DNA from: a virus
Virus record (IMG/VR): IMGVR_UViG_3300019926_000010
Span: 873-64,872 of that record
DNA: 64,000 nucleotides
Strand: one strand, 5' to 3'
Made by a program: the position numbers and the translations under genes. Below, piece by piece: positions 18,827 to 28,106 of this stretch (within the stretch, counting starts at the first letter, position 1; each line of letters starts with the position of its first letter). The notes beneath the pieces were generated by a model. That model made no database searches, was not told where the DNA came from, and saw only the letters and a program-made list of their open reading frames with translations.

Positions 18827-19383
18827 TGGTTACAGGAAATAAACCCCAGCAGATGGGTCGAATTGTCTCCGTTACACAGACCCCGAACGGGATGGTGCAA
18901 TGTTCGGTACAGCTACCTCACTCGGGTGGGGCTGTGAATGACGTTCCCGTCGGGAAGCCCGCATCGGGCGTTATGTGGAAGCCGGAATCTGGAGAAACTG
19001 CGGTCATCGACTACACGGACGACGGAAATCCGTATATCGCTGAAATTTTATCGGTTCCGTCGAAGGAATACCAAGCCCCTGAACTCGCTGAAGGCTCGAT
19101 GACCTTTCGCTTTGACGACACGACGGCCATCACAGTGGATAAGGACGACAATGGCAATTACGCCGTTGAGATCGAGGCATCTGGAAAGGTGTCTGTGTCC
19201 GCCGCTGACGCCGTTGAAGTAGATGGGAGTACCATCGACCTCGATTCGACTGGGAACGCCTCAGCGGTCAATCTCGGCCCGAATGGAAACACTGTGGTCA
19301 CGGACGCATCTCTGGAGACAGACGCGGACGGAAACGTGACCGGACTCAACCTAACGAAGACCGAGAAGACGAAAGCAGAGTAG
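18826..19383 (+). CDS. Baseplate spike (gpV-like)
   Basis: N-terminal OB-like segment (PESGETAVIDY) followed by beta-helix-like repeats. Confidence 0.75.
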   Translation: MVTGNKPQQMGRIVSVTQTPNGMVQCSVQLPHSGGAVNDVPVGKPASGVMWKPESGETAVIDYTDDGNPYIAEILSVPSKEYQAPELAEGSMTFRFDDTTAITVDKDDNGNYAVEIEASGKVSVSAADAVEVDGSTIDLDSTGNASAVNLGPNGNTVVTDASLETDADGNVTGLNLTKTEKTKAE

Positions 19384-19446
19384 TCTACAGTAGTTGTTAT
19401 ACGTTGCTGTAAAAAGATGCTGTAGCGGGGCTTCTCGAAGATACCG

Positions 19447-19509
19447 ACTACAATATACAGCAACGTATTACAGTACCTATTAACTATATTGTTACAATGG
19501 CGTGAGCGG
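19447..19509. repeat. 63-bp intergenic repeat, copy 1
   Basis: 58 of 63 positions identical to 46755..46817 in the same orientation. Confidence 0.9.
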
Positions 19510-19577
19510 CCCCAAGTCGCTTCACCCTAAAGGTAACCGAAGCTCTTCTGACGCCCTATATAAAGTGTTGTTTATTG

Positions 19578-19583
19578 TTTATA
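19578..19583 (+). promoter_or_regulatory. Putative TATA box
   Basis: TTTATA about 23 nt upstream of ATG 19606 in an AT-rich gap. Confidence 0.35.
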
Positions 19584-19605
19584 GTGAACAGCGGCGGCTA
19601 CGATT

Positions 19606-19932
19606 ATGGATATTTTTGTGAACGATAGAGGAGATGTGGAATTGGACGATAGGAAGGATCTTTCTACGGTTGAAGGTCGCCGCGAAGTTCAGCAGTCCAT
19701 CAAGGTGATGGTTACCTCGTATTTCTATTCGAGGATCGGCTCTGTGACAGCAATTAACGCAGTGAACAAACTTGAGCTACAGGCCGAGCGGGTAGCTGAA
19801 AATAACGATCATATCGAGAATTTGCAGAGCGTCACTGCTGAACGAGTGGAAGACGGTTCTGGTGGAACTGGAGGTATTAAAATATCAATTATCTACGATA
19901 CTGGAAGTGTCAATTTTACGGTTGGTGATTAA
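19606..19932 (+). CDS. Baseplate wedge protein (gp25/gpW-like)
   Basis: MDIFVNDRGDVELD...VQQSIKV pattern; precedes baseplate J. Confidence 0.7.
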   Translation: MDIFVNDRGDVELDDRKDLSTVEGRREVQQSIKVMVTSYFYSRIGSVTAINAVNKLELQAERVAENNDHIENLQSVTAERVEDGSGGTGGIKISIIYDTGSVNFTVGD

Positions 19933-21222
19933 ATGGGAGAAATAATTGATGGGCGGTTTGTGTCGGATCAAGAGCTTGCGATCCTCGATGCGTTGATGGA
20001 GGACGCAAAGAATCAGTTCGGAGAAGACCTGAACGATAGCGACGAGGCGGTTATTCGTCTGTTCTATCTTCCTGTCGCCAGACGGTTCGCTGAGGCACAA
20101 AACAACATTGGTCTGGTCCTCGACTCGGCTCAGATTGAACACGCCACAGGAACCGCTCTCGACTTTCTGACGGCTCTCATTGGCGTCCCTCGTGAAGACG
20201 CCGATAAAGCAACTGGAGAAGTTGAGGTCAGCATCGACTCTGCTGATAGCGTGGATCATATCGTTCCGAAGGGGACTACCGTTTCCACAAACTCTTCTGA
20301 TCCAGTTGTCTTCGAGACGACTGACTCTCGGACACTGAGTGCGGGTAACACATCAGTGACTGCACCTATTCGAGCTGTTACCGGGGGTTCCGATTCTAAC
20401 GTTGGGCAGAACACGTTGGTCAATTTCCCTGACGGGGTTCCGTTCCCTGGTGCATCGGTGACTAACCCAACCGGAACTGATGGTGGAAGTGATACCGAGA
20501 CTGACGAAGACCTTCGTGATCGCGCCCAGGACGAGCTTGCGAACGGCGCTCGGGCAACTGGTCCGGCGCTTATTAGCCGAACGCAAGCCCTTGATGGTGT
20601 CTTTGATGTTACAATCTTCATTAACGATACTCCAGAACAGAACGGTCGCGGATATGGGCTTCCGGCTCACTCGTTCGAGCTTGTCCTCGCTACAGATGGT
20701 GAAGATGATACCCTTCAGCGTGTTGCCCAGCGACTTATCGAGACGAAGGCTGTCGGTGACGTTTCGGTAACCGGAAATAACGGTGACCAACTCGATACAA
20801 GCAAATCATTTGTCACCGCAAACGGGGAGATCGAGACGACACTTCCGAACGATCAGACTCATCCAGTCGGATTCTCGTTGTCTTCCTCAGTTTATACCTG
20901 GGTCAATGTTGACATCAAGGTTGACGACGAGTACGAAGGCGACGATGTAGTTCGTAATTCAATCGTTGAGTATATCGGCGGCCTGAAAACGACTGGCTTA
21001 GAGCAGGACGGTGAACTTTCGGTCAGCGATGATGTCATCCACGCCGAAGTCGAAGCGGCTGTGATGGAGGTTGATGGGGTCTACGACATCAATGCGGTTA
21101 CCATCGGGAAGGACTCCTCCAGCACTGATGAAAGTAATATTTCCCTGGCAACTCACGAGCAGGCGGTAACTGACGCGACTTCAGGGAATCAGCATATCTC
21201 TCTGACGACCACTTCGGTGTAG
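19933..21222 (+). CDS. Baseplate J-like protein
   Basis: ATGTALD, VFETT, GGSDTETDEDLRDR and GARATG motifs. Confidence 0.92.
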   Translation: MGEIIDGRFVSDQELAILDALMEDAKNQFGEDLNDSDEAVIRLFYLPVARRFAEAQNNIGLVLDSAQIEHATGTALDFLTALIGVPREDADKATGEVEVSIDSADSVDHIVPKGTTVSTNSSDPVVFETTDSRTLSAGNTSVTAPIRAVTGGSDSNVGQNTLVNFPDGVPFPGASVTNPTGTDGGSDTETDEDLRDRAQDELANGARATGPALISRTQALDGVFDVTIFINDTPEQNGRGYGLPAHSFELVLATDGEDDTLQRVAQRLIETKAVGDVSVTGNNGDQLDTSKSFVTANGEIETTLPNDQTHPVGFSLSSSVYTWVNVDIKVDDEYEGDDVVRNSIVEYIGGLKTTGLEQDGELSVSDDVIHAEVEAAVMEVDGVYDINAVTIGKDSSSTDESNISLATHEQAVTDATSGNQHISLTTTSV

Positions 21223-21226
21223 GTGA

Positions 21227-21892
21227 TTGACAATGGCAATTGATACTGGACCCCCCAACGATAGTTACGATAACAACATCGAGTATCTAATCGACACCCT
21301 CCCCGAGTTCATGGCGAATGACGAGAGTTCGGGGAATTGGAAACTTCTCGCTCCGATTGGGTATCAGATTGATGCTTTCGAAAACGATCTTGTTTCAGTT
21401 AGTCGAGCAACGTCAGTCCAAGAAGCTGACTCGATTGCACAACTGAACAAGCTCGCCAAAATGGTCGGTGCATCTCACCGAACTGGTGAAGAAAAAGAGC
21501 ATTTCCGATCTCGGTTGTTTGCTCGATTTCAACTAAATACGGCAGAGGGAACCATCGGTGACGTTATCCATTCTGTCTCTACGATTCTCGACGTTGATCC
21601 TGAAGCAATCGGGTATCAGGATTTGGATACTGAAGCGACGGTTGGGGTTGTAATGCCTCGATCTGCGATCAGATCACTGAATTTATCGAGTGACGAAGTA
21701 GCTGATATTCTGAATGATCTCGTACCGGCGGGGTATGAGGTTGCAGGGCAGACGCGCGGGACGTTCGTGTATGTGTCACCGACGACCTACAACAACGTCA
21801 CCGACTGGGCCGAGTATAACGGATACGATGGACTCGACGCAAATGATGATCCGAAAGGTAACGGCGGCACGTATGCAGGAATTGTAAATTAA
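21227..21892 (+). CDS. Baseplate protein (gpI-like)
   Basis: Follows baseplate J; LNKLAKMVG...FRSRL...GTIGDV...VPAG pattern. Confidence 0.65.
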   Translation: MTMAIDTGPPNDSYDNNIEYLIDTLPEFMANDESSGNWKLLAPIGYQIDAFENDLVSVSRATSVQEADSIAQLNKLAKMVGASHRTGEEKEHFRSRLFARFQLNTAEGTIGDVIHSVSTILDVDPEAIGYQDLDTEATVGVVMPRSAIRSLNLSSDEVADILNDLVPAGYEVAGQTRGTFVYVSPTTYNNVTDWAEYNGYDGLDANDDPKGNGGTYAGIVN

Positions 21893-21896
21893 TCTA

Positions 21897-23474
21897 ATGG
21901 CAGACTACACTACTAATCTAAAGGTTTGGGGATCGACTGGTCAGGAACATCCTGACAATTATTCCTATCTCGAAGATGAGGCTCCGGTTGACGCTTGGGA
22001 CAACTTCGTCACTTACAACCTTATCTCCGATGTTAAAAGTCACCTCATTCCCCTGACGAACTCTCGTATCGAAAGCGACTACGGCAGTACCCGGCCCACT
22101 TCCCCCGAAGACGGGCATCTGTTTTACGACAGCGATTCCCCAGCCCTGGAACAGTACCGTGCATCTGACTCGTCTTGGCACTCCCTTGCATTGGGTGAAG
22201 ACCTTTCGGCTCACGAATCTGATACCGGAAATCCGCATAGTGTCACCCTCGAACAGGCACGTACAAGCAACAGCACCCTCAGTGGGTCTGTTGATCTTGG
22301 AGGAAACAATCTGAACGGGGTTGGAATCTCAGAGTTTCAGTCCGGTGACGTTCGGGTTTCCCATGCGGCTCGCGCCCTTCTTGTCGATGAACACAACGGA
22401 ACTTCGTGGACGACTCGACTGGAGGTTGACGAAACTGGAGCTTCGGTTACCGGTTCTCTTTCTGCATCTGGTAATCTTACGGTAACTGGGTCCTCGACGT
22501 TTAACTCAGACGCGAGTTTCGCGGGAAGTCAAGTCGGAGATGTGGGCACTCTTAAATTCACCGATTCTGATAGTTCCGCAAACAATTGGACTGTTACAGA
22601 AAACGGAACCAGTGGAAATCTGGAAGCTGTTCACGGCGGAACTAAGATTCTCGATCTTGGAGACTCGGCGGTTAATATTCTGAACGCACTTCGTGAAAAT
22701 GGAGATCGAGTTGCTACTCGTCCCTGGATTCAAGACGGGTTCTCGATGTCCGGCCTTCTTGAGGTCAATAGCGATATTCGCCTCGCCACGGGCCAGTCTA
22801 TTGAAGATGGGAATTCCGGAAAAAGATTCGAGATATTTGATAGTAATTACACTATTATTCGTGGCGGGGGCGGAGACACTGGATTACAAATATCCCCATC
22901 AGAAACACGACTTGACGCACTTAGTGGTCGTCCTATTAAATTTGAGGATCTTGAAGGAAATTACACCGCCGTCCAGTACGACTCGGACGCCTCGGCTGGC
23001 GTGCTTCGGACGCCTGGGGCGGCATTCAGAGTCGAGGGCGACGGAAATCCATCATCAGGTGCTGGTGTAGAGAATATATGGACTGGTTCATCTGGTGCAG
23101 TATATGCCTACGACCGTGATGGTGGAGGATATCAGACTATGGAGGTCAGGGGCAGCGAACTGAAATTACAGCGAGATGGTAATACCTATATTCAGACTGG
23201 TGCTTCTCTTGTTGACCTCTCAGCAACAGCAGTTGACCTCCGCCTCGCCACAGGGCAGGCTATCGAGGATGGATCGGGAACAGACCGATTTGTTGTCGAG
23301 AGTGGAACAACTCGGCTAAACACAGAAAGCGGAAATAAAGCCTTCCGAGTCTATGAAAGTTCGGGATATACTCACTCGGATGCATCTTCCAGCGACCTAT
23401 TCAAACTGCCTCGCGTAACTTCCGATACCGGTCAAGCCGCTGGAGATATGTGGTACCGCTCGGATCTCGACTAA
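21897..23474 (+). CDS. Tail fibre protein
   Basis: Ser/Thr/Gly-rich and modular, with an internal repeated RLATGQ.IEDG module. Confidence 0.8.
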   Translation: MADYTTNLKVWGSTGQEHPDNYSYLEDEAPVDAWDNFVTYNLISDVKSHLIPLTNSRIESDYGSTRPTSPEDGHLFYDSDSPALEQYRASDSSWHSLALGEDLSAHESDTGNPHSVTLEQARTSNSTLSGSVDLGGNNLNGVGISEFQSGDVRVSHAARALLVDEHNGTSWTTRLEVDETGASVTGSLSASGNLTVTGSSTFNSDASFAGSQVGDVGTLKFTDSDSSANNWTVTENGTSGNLEAVHGGTKILDLGDSAVNILNALRENGDRVATRPWIQDGFSMSGLLEVNSDIRLATGQSIEDGNSGKRFEIFDSNYTIIRGGGGDTGLQISPSETRLDALSGRPIKFEDLEGNYTAVQYDSDASAGVLRTPGAAFRVEGDGNPSSGAGVENIWTGSSGAVYAYDRDGGGYQTMEVRGSELKLQRDGNTYIQTGASLVDLSATAVDLRLATGQAIEDGSGTDRFVVESGTTRLNTESGNKAFRVYESSGYTHSDASSSDLFKLPRVTSDTGQAAGDMWYRSDLD

Positions 23475-23508
23475 GCTCGCTTCGCTCGCTTAATACTTAA
23501 AATAATTT

Positions 23509-24357
23509 ATGGGACAAATAGGAACAATCGGACTTGAGACGCAGAACAACGGCACTGTCAAAGTACCCGTTTTCGCTACTGGTGATAGCGGAAGCTCGGT
23601 TCACGAGATGATCCGCGTTCAGACTGGTAGTGGTACTGGATTCATCCCGGTGATCTCGGATACTGGAAGTGCGAGCTTCCCGTATCTGCGCGTGCAAACG
23701 CAGAATCATGGGGTGTGTGCTGTTCATAATGAATCTTCGTTAGGACCTCAGGTTCAATATGCGTATAATTTTGAAGATGGTACTACTGAAGGGTTTAATT
23801 TTTACAACTCTCCAGATAGAGGAGAAATTTCTTCTACTTCAAATTCAATCAGTGGGAATTATAGTCTTAAAGTAAATTTCTATGCAAGTCAATATCAAGA
23901 TAATATATATGCATATCAAAACACAAAAATAAATAAATATCAGCCTGATATGATAAAATTTAAATTTAAAATTCCCACTTTTCCACCTGATCCAGGTCCA
24001 GATTACTTTTCTATTAATGTAGCTAACTGGAGCGATTCATATATGACTACCGGAAGTCTTATAACAAATATAAATATTTCCTTTAGAGATAATGAATTGC
24101 GGATGGGCGATTCTGATTATAATACTAAAGTTTTAGGTAAATTATACTCAGGGGATCTTATAGAATTGGAACTTTCTAATATTAATTGGACTACTGGATC
24201 ATGTGACTATCTTTTTAAAAATGGAACTACGGAAAATCAAGGAAGTCATGGATTGCGTGATCCAAGTTATAAAGTTGAAGGTTGGCATTTGAAAACTCAA
24301 ACAAATAACACAAATGTAGATTGGGAAGTCCATCTTGATGATTTAGAGACTTACTAA
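23509..24357 (+). CDS. Tail adhesin / receptor-binding protein
   Basis: Follows the fibre gene; GC-normal N-terminal adaptor and very AT-rich, Asn/Tyr-rich beta-sandwich-like C-terminus. Confidence 0.7.
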   Translation: MGQIGTIGLETQNNGTVKVPVFATGDSGSSVHEMIRVQTGSGTGFIPVISDTGSASFPYLRVQTQNHGVCAVHNESSLGPQVQYAYNFEDGTTEGFNFYNSPDRGEISSTSNSISGNYSLKVNFYASQYQDNIYAYQNTKINKYQPDMIKFKFKIPTFPPDPGPDYFSINVANWSDSYMTTGSLITNINISFRDNELRMGDSDYNTKVLGKLYSGDLIELELSNINWTTGSCDYLFKNGTTENQGSHGLRDPSYKVEGWHLKTQTNNTNVDWEVHLDDLETY

Positions 24358-24359
24358 TT

Positions 24360-24890
24360 ATGTCTATCGCAAATAAATTCATCCACCGAGTAGCATCGCC
24401 TCTCTCAAAAACAATTGGTTATATTCGTACAGGAACTTCGTACTTGACACCGAAAGACGACTGGGTAGAAGGTCTGAAGCGCCGCCTCACCCTTCTCGGT
24501 GATCCCATCTTTCGTCCACTCGGACGGCCACTGGTATTCGAGTGTCACGACGAGGATTATTTCACGACAGCGGAGGTTAACGGCGATAAGGTCGAAGCCG
24601 CACTCCACACCCGCTACCAACGCAACCTCACTTCTACACGGAAGTACCGAGTGATCGACGGGGAGCGTGACTGGGCCAATGGGTCTTACGTTGTAGATCC
24701 CGACGACACGGAATGGCAACACCATGTTTATATCTTCGACAATGGTGACGGAACCACTGACGTGTACGGCCACAAGGAGACTTCCGCTGAGAAAGATCCC
24801 TACGGTCACGTCACCGATAAGCAGTATCACGGCGATCCTCTCGGAATCGCTCGTGGAACCCTGGACGAGGCTCACATCAAATATGCTTGA
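24360..24890 (+). CDS. Hypothetical protein
   Basis: Coupled to the adhesin gene; His-rich (HHVYIF, YGHKE). Confidence 0.7.
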   Translation: MSIANKFIHRVASPLSKTIGYIRTGTSYLTPKDDWVEGLKRRLTLLGDPIFRPLGRPLVFECHDEDYFTTAEVNGDKVEAALHTRYQRNLTSTRKYRVIDGERDWANGSYVVDPDDTEWQHHVYIFDNGDGTTDVYGHKETSAEKDPYGHVTDKQYHGDPLGIARGTLDEAHIKYA

Positions 24891-25026
24891 GTCTCCACCT
24901 GTAGCGTGGTTGTTCGAGCAGAGAGTTCCACTTATCTTTTTCATCATCGCCCTTCTGACGAGGCCGGTTACATGGTCTAAAAGAGCAACAACTCTTATCG
25001 AATCCTACTTCGGGGGTGATGAATAG
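24883..25026 (+). CDS. Small membrane protein (holin-like candidate)
   Basis: ATG at 24883 overlaps the upstream stop; 47 aa with one hydrophobic segment. Confidence 0.45.
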   Translation: MLESPPVAWLFEQRVPLIFFIIALLTRPVTWSKRATTLIESYFGGDE

Positions 25027-25140
25027 ATGGGAGAATACGTTCAGTGTCCAAACCCGGATAATCCGGACTGTCCTGGTCAGGTATTCATGGGTGGCGGGTG
25101 TCCGACTTGCGCCGAATGTGGCTGGTCGAAGTGCGGTTAA
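25027..25140 (+). CDS. 37-aa zinc-ribbon microprotein
   Basis: Manually translated as MGEYVQCPNPDNPDCPGQVFMGGGCPTCAECGWSKCG. Confidence 0.6.
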   Translation: MGEYVQCPNPDNPDCPGQVFMGGGCPTCAECGWSKCG

Positions 25141-25280
25141 GAGTCAACGTAGCTGTTGAGTTGCGATTGAAAGTCGCGTAGCTCCTCTTCTTCAAACTGT
25201 TCGTACTTTCCTTTCTCAGTTGCACCCCCTATCAATTCTTCGAGGAGCGCAACTTGGACGGGAGATGGCTTGAGTGCCAT
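25137..25280 (-). CDS. Small hypothetical protein
   Basis: Manually translated 47-aa acidic ORF (MALKPSPVQ...), convergent with the late operon. Confidence 0.4.
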   Translation of the reverse strand: MALKPSPVQVALLEELIGGATEKGKYEQFEEEELRDFQSQLNSYVDS

Positions 25281-25459
25281 ATTCACTTATATTTCTCCAT
25301 CATTATAAACGTTTAGTGACATCTACGGGTAATTCTATCACGCAAGCCCTTTATGTAGAACAAGTCGAACTTACGTAATGCCACCAAGAGATTTGCTCCG
25401 GAAGTCGATAAAAGAAAGAGGAGCGACAGTCTATGACTTGAATTTACTTTTTAGAAGAG

Positions 25460-25681
25460 ATGGATTTTTATGATGCAATAAGAGTTGCGTGTGCCGATCT
25501 TCTCGATATTCCCGATCAGATGATACCGATGGATGCTGGAGAATATGGCGAGGCAACAACAAAAATTCTATCAGATGATATACCTGACCGATTTAATAAT
25601 CAATTCATTGGCCTTGAATATATGGGAAAATACTGCCTCAAAATACACAGTGACGGGGTTATGGTTGTAACTGATCTTTAG
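25460..25681 (+). CDS. Hypothetical protein (AT-rich)
   Basis: 73-aa track ORF convergent with the integrase. Confidence 0.4.
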   Translation: MDFYDAIRVACADLLDIPDQMIPMDAGEYGEATTKILSDDIPDRFNNQFIGLEYMGKYCLKIHSDGVMVVTDL

Positions 25682-26685
25682 ATGTCTTTTAAGTGATCGC
25701 GCCTCCTTTCTGCTTTTTCACTTTCCGTGCCGTGATCGTAGTGCTTATCGAGAATATTCCCACTCATGTTGACACGTTCGCCAGTGACATCTTTCGCTTG
25801 ACCCGCGTTCCGTGCCGCAGTTACGTATCCTCTCCGAAGGGCGTGTGGACTGACTGATCCGGGACACTGTGATGCTTTGTTCCATTCCGTGGCGTCACAC
25901 GTATCAGGATCTTCCTCGAACGGACAGGAGCCGCCATTGTAGAAGCAGGGTCGAGTCGCCGTGTAGACGTGTCGCGTGATCGTAGTTCGTGCAGGGCGAC
26001 CGTACTGGGTGGCTATCAGTGGCTCTCTCCCGTAGTCGTCTTGAACGTCGGGCCGCCCGTTCTTGACGTAATCAGCCACGACTTCCGCTGTATCAGCCGA
26101 GATTATTACGTCGCGTTCACTCTTTTCTTTCCGCTTCAACGGCGTTCTCTGTTCGGGTCGGTGGCGTATTTCGATGGCTGGTCTACCTTCGTCAAAATCT
26201 CCTACGTCAAGAGCGCGAAGGCCGCCAATCCGCATACCACACTTCCACAGCAACAGCACTGTAACGTGGCGCGTGCTTGCGTAGTCGAACTTCGAGAGGT
26301 GTTCGAGGATCGCGGTCGCTTCTTCTCGGTGAAGGATTGTGTCGCAAATTTCGTCCTCCTCTTTGACCTTCGGGATTCGGATTAGCTCGTGCAAGCCAAC
26401 AGGCACGGCCTGGATCGACTCGCAAAATTCGATGAAGTTCCGAACCGTTCGGAGATCGTTGCGTGCCGTGATCGGCTTCACGTTTTCGAGACGATGCTCT
26501 TTGAACTGGTTGATTACGTCTGAGTCCACGTCTCTCAGATCCGTGTAGCCGTTGTCGGTCAACCATTCCACGAATCTATCAAGCGCGGTCGTGTAGTTGG
26601 CTATCGTTTTTCGGGAGACGTGTGCTTTCTTTTCTTTCAGGTATCGTTGCTCGGCATCGCGTGGCGGCGTTTGTTTGAGTTCCAT
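25678..26685 (-). CDS. int: Tyrosine recombinase/integrase
   Basis: Catalytic R (GMRIG), K (LKRK), HxxR (HALRR) and Y (KHYDH); N-terminal SAM-like core-binding domain. Confidence 0.95.
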   Translation of the reverse strand: MELKQTPPRDAEQRYLKEKKAHVSRKTIANYTTALDRFVEWLTDNGYTDLRDVDSDVINQFKEHRLENVKPITARNDLRTVRNFIEFCESIQAVPVGLHELIRIPKVKEEDEICDTILHREEATAILEHLSKFDYASTRHVTVLLLWKCGMRIGGLRALDVGDFDEGRPAIEIRHRPEQRTPLKRKEKSERDVIISADTAEVVADYVKNGRPDVQDDYGREPLIATQYGRPARTTITRHVYTATRPCFYNGGSCPFEEDPDTCDATEWNKASQCPGSVSPHALRRGYVTAARNAGQAKDVTGERVNMSGNILDKHYDHGTESEKAERRRDHLKDI

Positions 26686-26813
26686 TGTTGCCTACAACGG
26701 TAACCCGTTTGGGGTAACTCCAGTGGCAACGCCAATCCTTCGTCGCGGTGAATAGGGTCTTGCGTTGCGGTACGCGAGCGAGGGCGGCGCGTTGCGAAAC
26801 CGCCCGAGGGAGC

Positions 26814-26841
26814 GCCGAGGGTTCAAATCCCTCCACCGGCT
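26814..26841 (+). other. attP-like core identical in form to a tRNA 3' end
   Basis: GCCGAGGGTTCAAATCCCTCCACCGGCT is a T-arm plus acceptor 3' strand with no matching 5' half; it lies about 130 nt upstream of the integrase start. Confidence 0.75.
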
Positions 26842-27073
26842 TACCCCTTCGGGGTCAACCGTATCCGCACCACGGCGGCGCGGCAAATTAAAGGTTGTCC
26901 CCAATTTTCCACACATTTGAACCCGAGTAGTCGAAGGTTTTGCCGCTTTTTCTCTCTCGAAATTGAACCCGTTACGGTAAGGATGTACTCTCGTCTTGCG
27001 ATTATGAAAAATGAGTAGTCTTGCCAGTGTTCATAAACTATCTGGTACTATTAAGTAACTCCCGAGCGTCTAC

Positions 27074-27418
27074 TTGATGATGAAAGACTACTCTCTCCTC
27101 GGGATCGCGCTCGTCATTCTCGGCGTCGTTCTGATCGTCCTCGGCGCGGGATCTGCATTAGCCGGTGCGAACAAAATGGACGCTGAAGCTGAATGGAAAG
27201 AATCTCAAACAGAAACGACGTGTCACGAAAGCTACGACGTTGACGTTAAGAACGACTCAGTTGAGGACGTACAAAAAGCGGTCAACAACAACACTCGGGA
27301 GTGTGTAACGACTGTACCGGATACGAACCCGTATTCGGGTGGTCAGTCTGATATAGCTCTTGGAGCCGTTCTAATGGTTATAGGCGGCACTTCAACCTAC
27401 TTCGGTAATAAGCAGTAA
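27074..27418 (+). CDS. Membrane protein with two TM segments
   Basis: Hydrophobic N- and C-terminal segments around an acidic loop with two Cys. Confidence 0.75.
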   Translation: MMMKDYSLLGIALVILGVVLIVLGAGSALAGANKMDAEAEWKESQTETTCHESYDVDVKNDSVEDVQKAVNNNTRECVTTVPDTNPYSGGQSDIALGAVLMVIGGTSTYFGNKQ

Positions 27419-27749
27419 AACCTCAGTGACCCGCGAAGGGCCACTTGGAACAAATCCTCGCATGATAGTGCAGGCAGGCGAGGGACGGTCCTTAATAACG
27501 GGTAGTTCCTAACCCTATCGGACCAGCACTAAAAAGAACGCGACCGCTCCGGATAACCGTTTCGGCTACTGATCGTCCTGCCAGCCGCCAATAATGCCAG
27601 CAGTCTGATTGGGGTGCCTCTCCGCGAGTTTCGACCGTTTCTCCATTGAGAGTGACTTCGAGTTTTCAGCTACTTGCTCGTCTCCGAGACTCATTCTAAG
27701 TCCGAAGATAGCTGTCGCTTCGGAAACGCGGCGAGCAAAGCGGAACACC

Positions 27750-28085
27750 TCAGATGCCCTCAGAAGTCAGCACACCGCCGTGAGAATAGAGCCAACCAAG
27801 ACCTCCCGGAGATCCTGTCGTCTTATCTTCTTCGCCCATACAGAGCTTGTCTGCGCCGTCTGTAATCACTGGATGATTGAACCCCAACCTCATTCGTGCG
27901 TCATACGGCTCGTCACAGACAGGACAGAGGGCATTGCATCCGTGGGTGTCTTTCACGCCAGGAAGGGCCGCCACCTCGCTTTCAAGGTCGCCGTCATGCG
28001 CTTTCGCTGGGATCTCAACGATAACTTCCATTTTCTTCGTCGGTACATCGTGATCGAGCGCGTCTTGAACAGAATTTTCCGTCAT
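27750..28085 (-). CDS. Hypothetical protein (CPxC)
   Basis: 111-aa acidic ORF in the minus-strand operon. Confidence 0.6.
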   Translation of the reverse strand: MTENSVQDALDHDVPTKKMEVIVEIPAKAHDGDLESEVAALPGVKDTHGCNALCPVCDEPYDARMRLGFNHPVITDGADKLCMGEEDKTTGSPGGLGWLYSHGGVLTSEGI

Positions 28086-28106
28086 TTTAGTATAGCGTTA
28101 TATGGT

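Noticed and set aside
25355-25385. TTCGACT and similar T-loop words here and near 26930
   Set aside because: They have no flanking 5-bp stem, so they were not counted as mini-tRNAs.
26755-26845. Possible complete tRNA with a TTGCGAA loop next to the integrase
   Set aside because: There is no 5' strand pairing with CACCGGC and no D-arm; only the 3' end is tRNA-like, so it is treated as attP.
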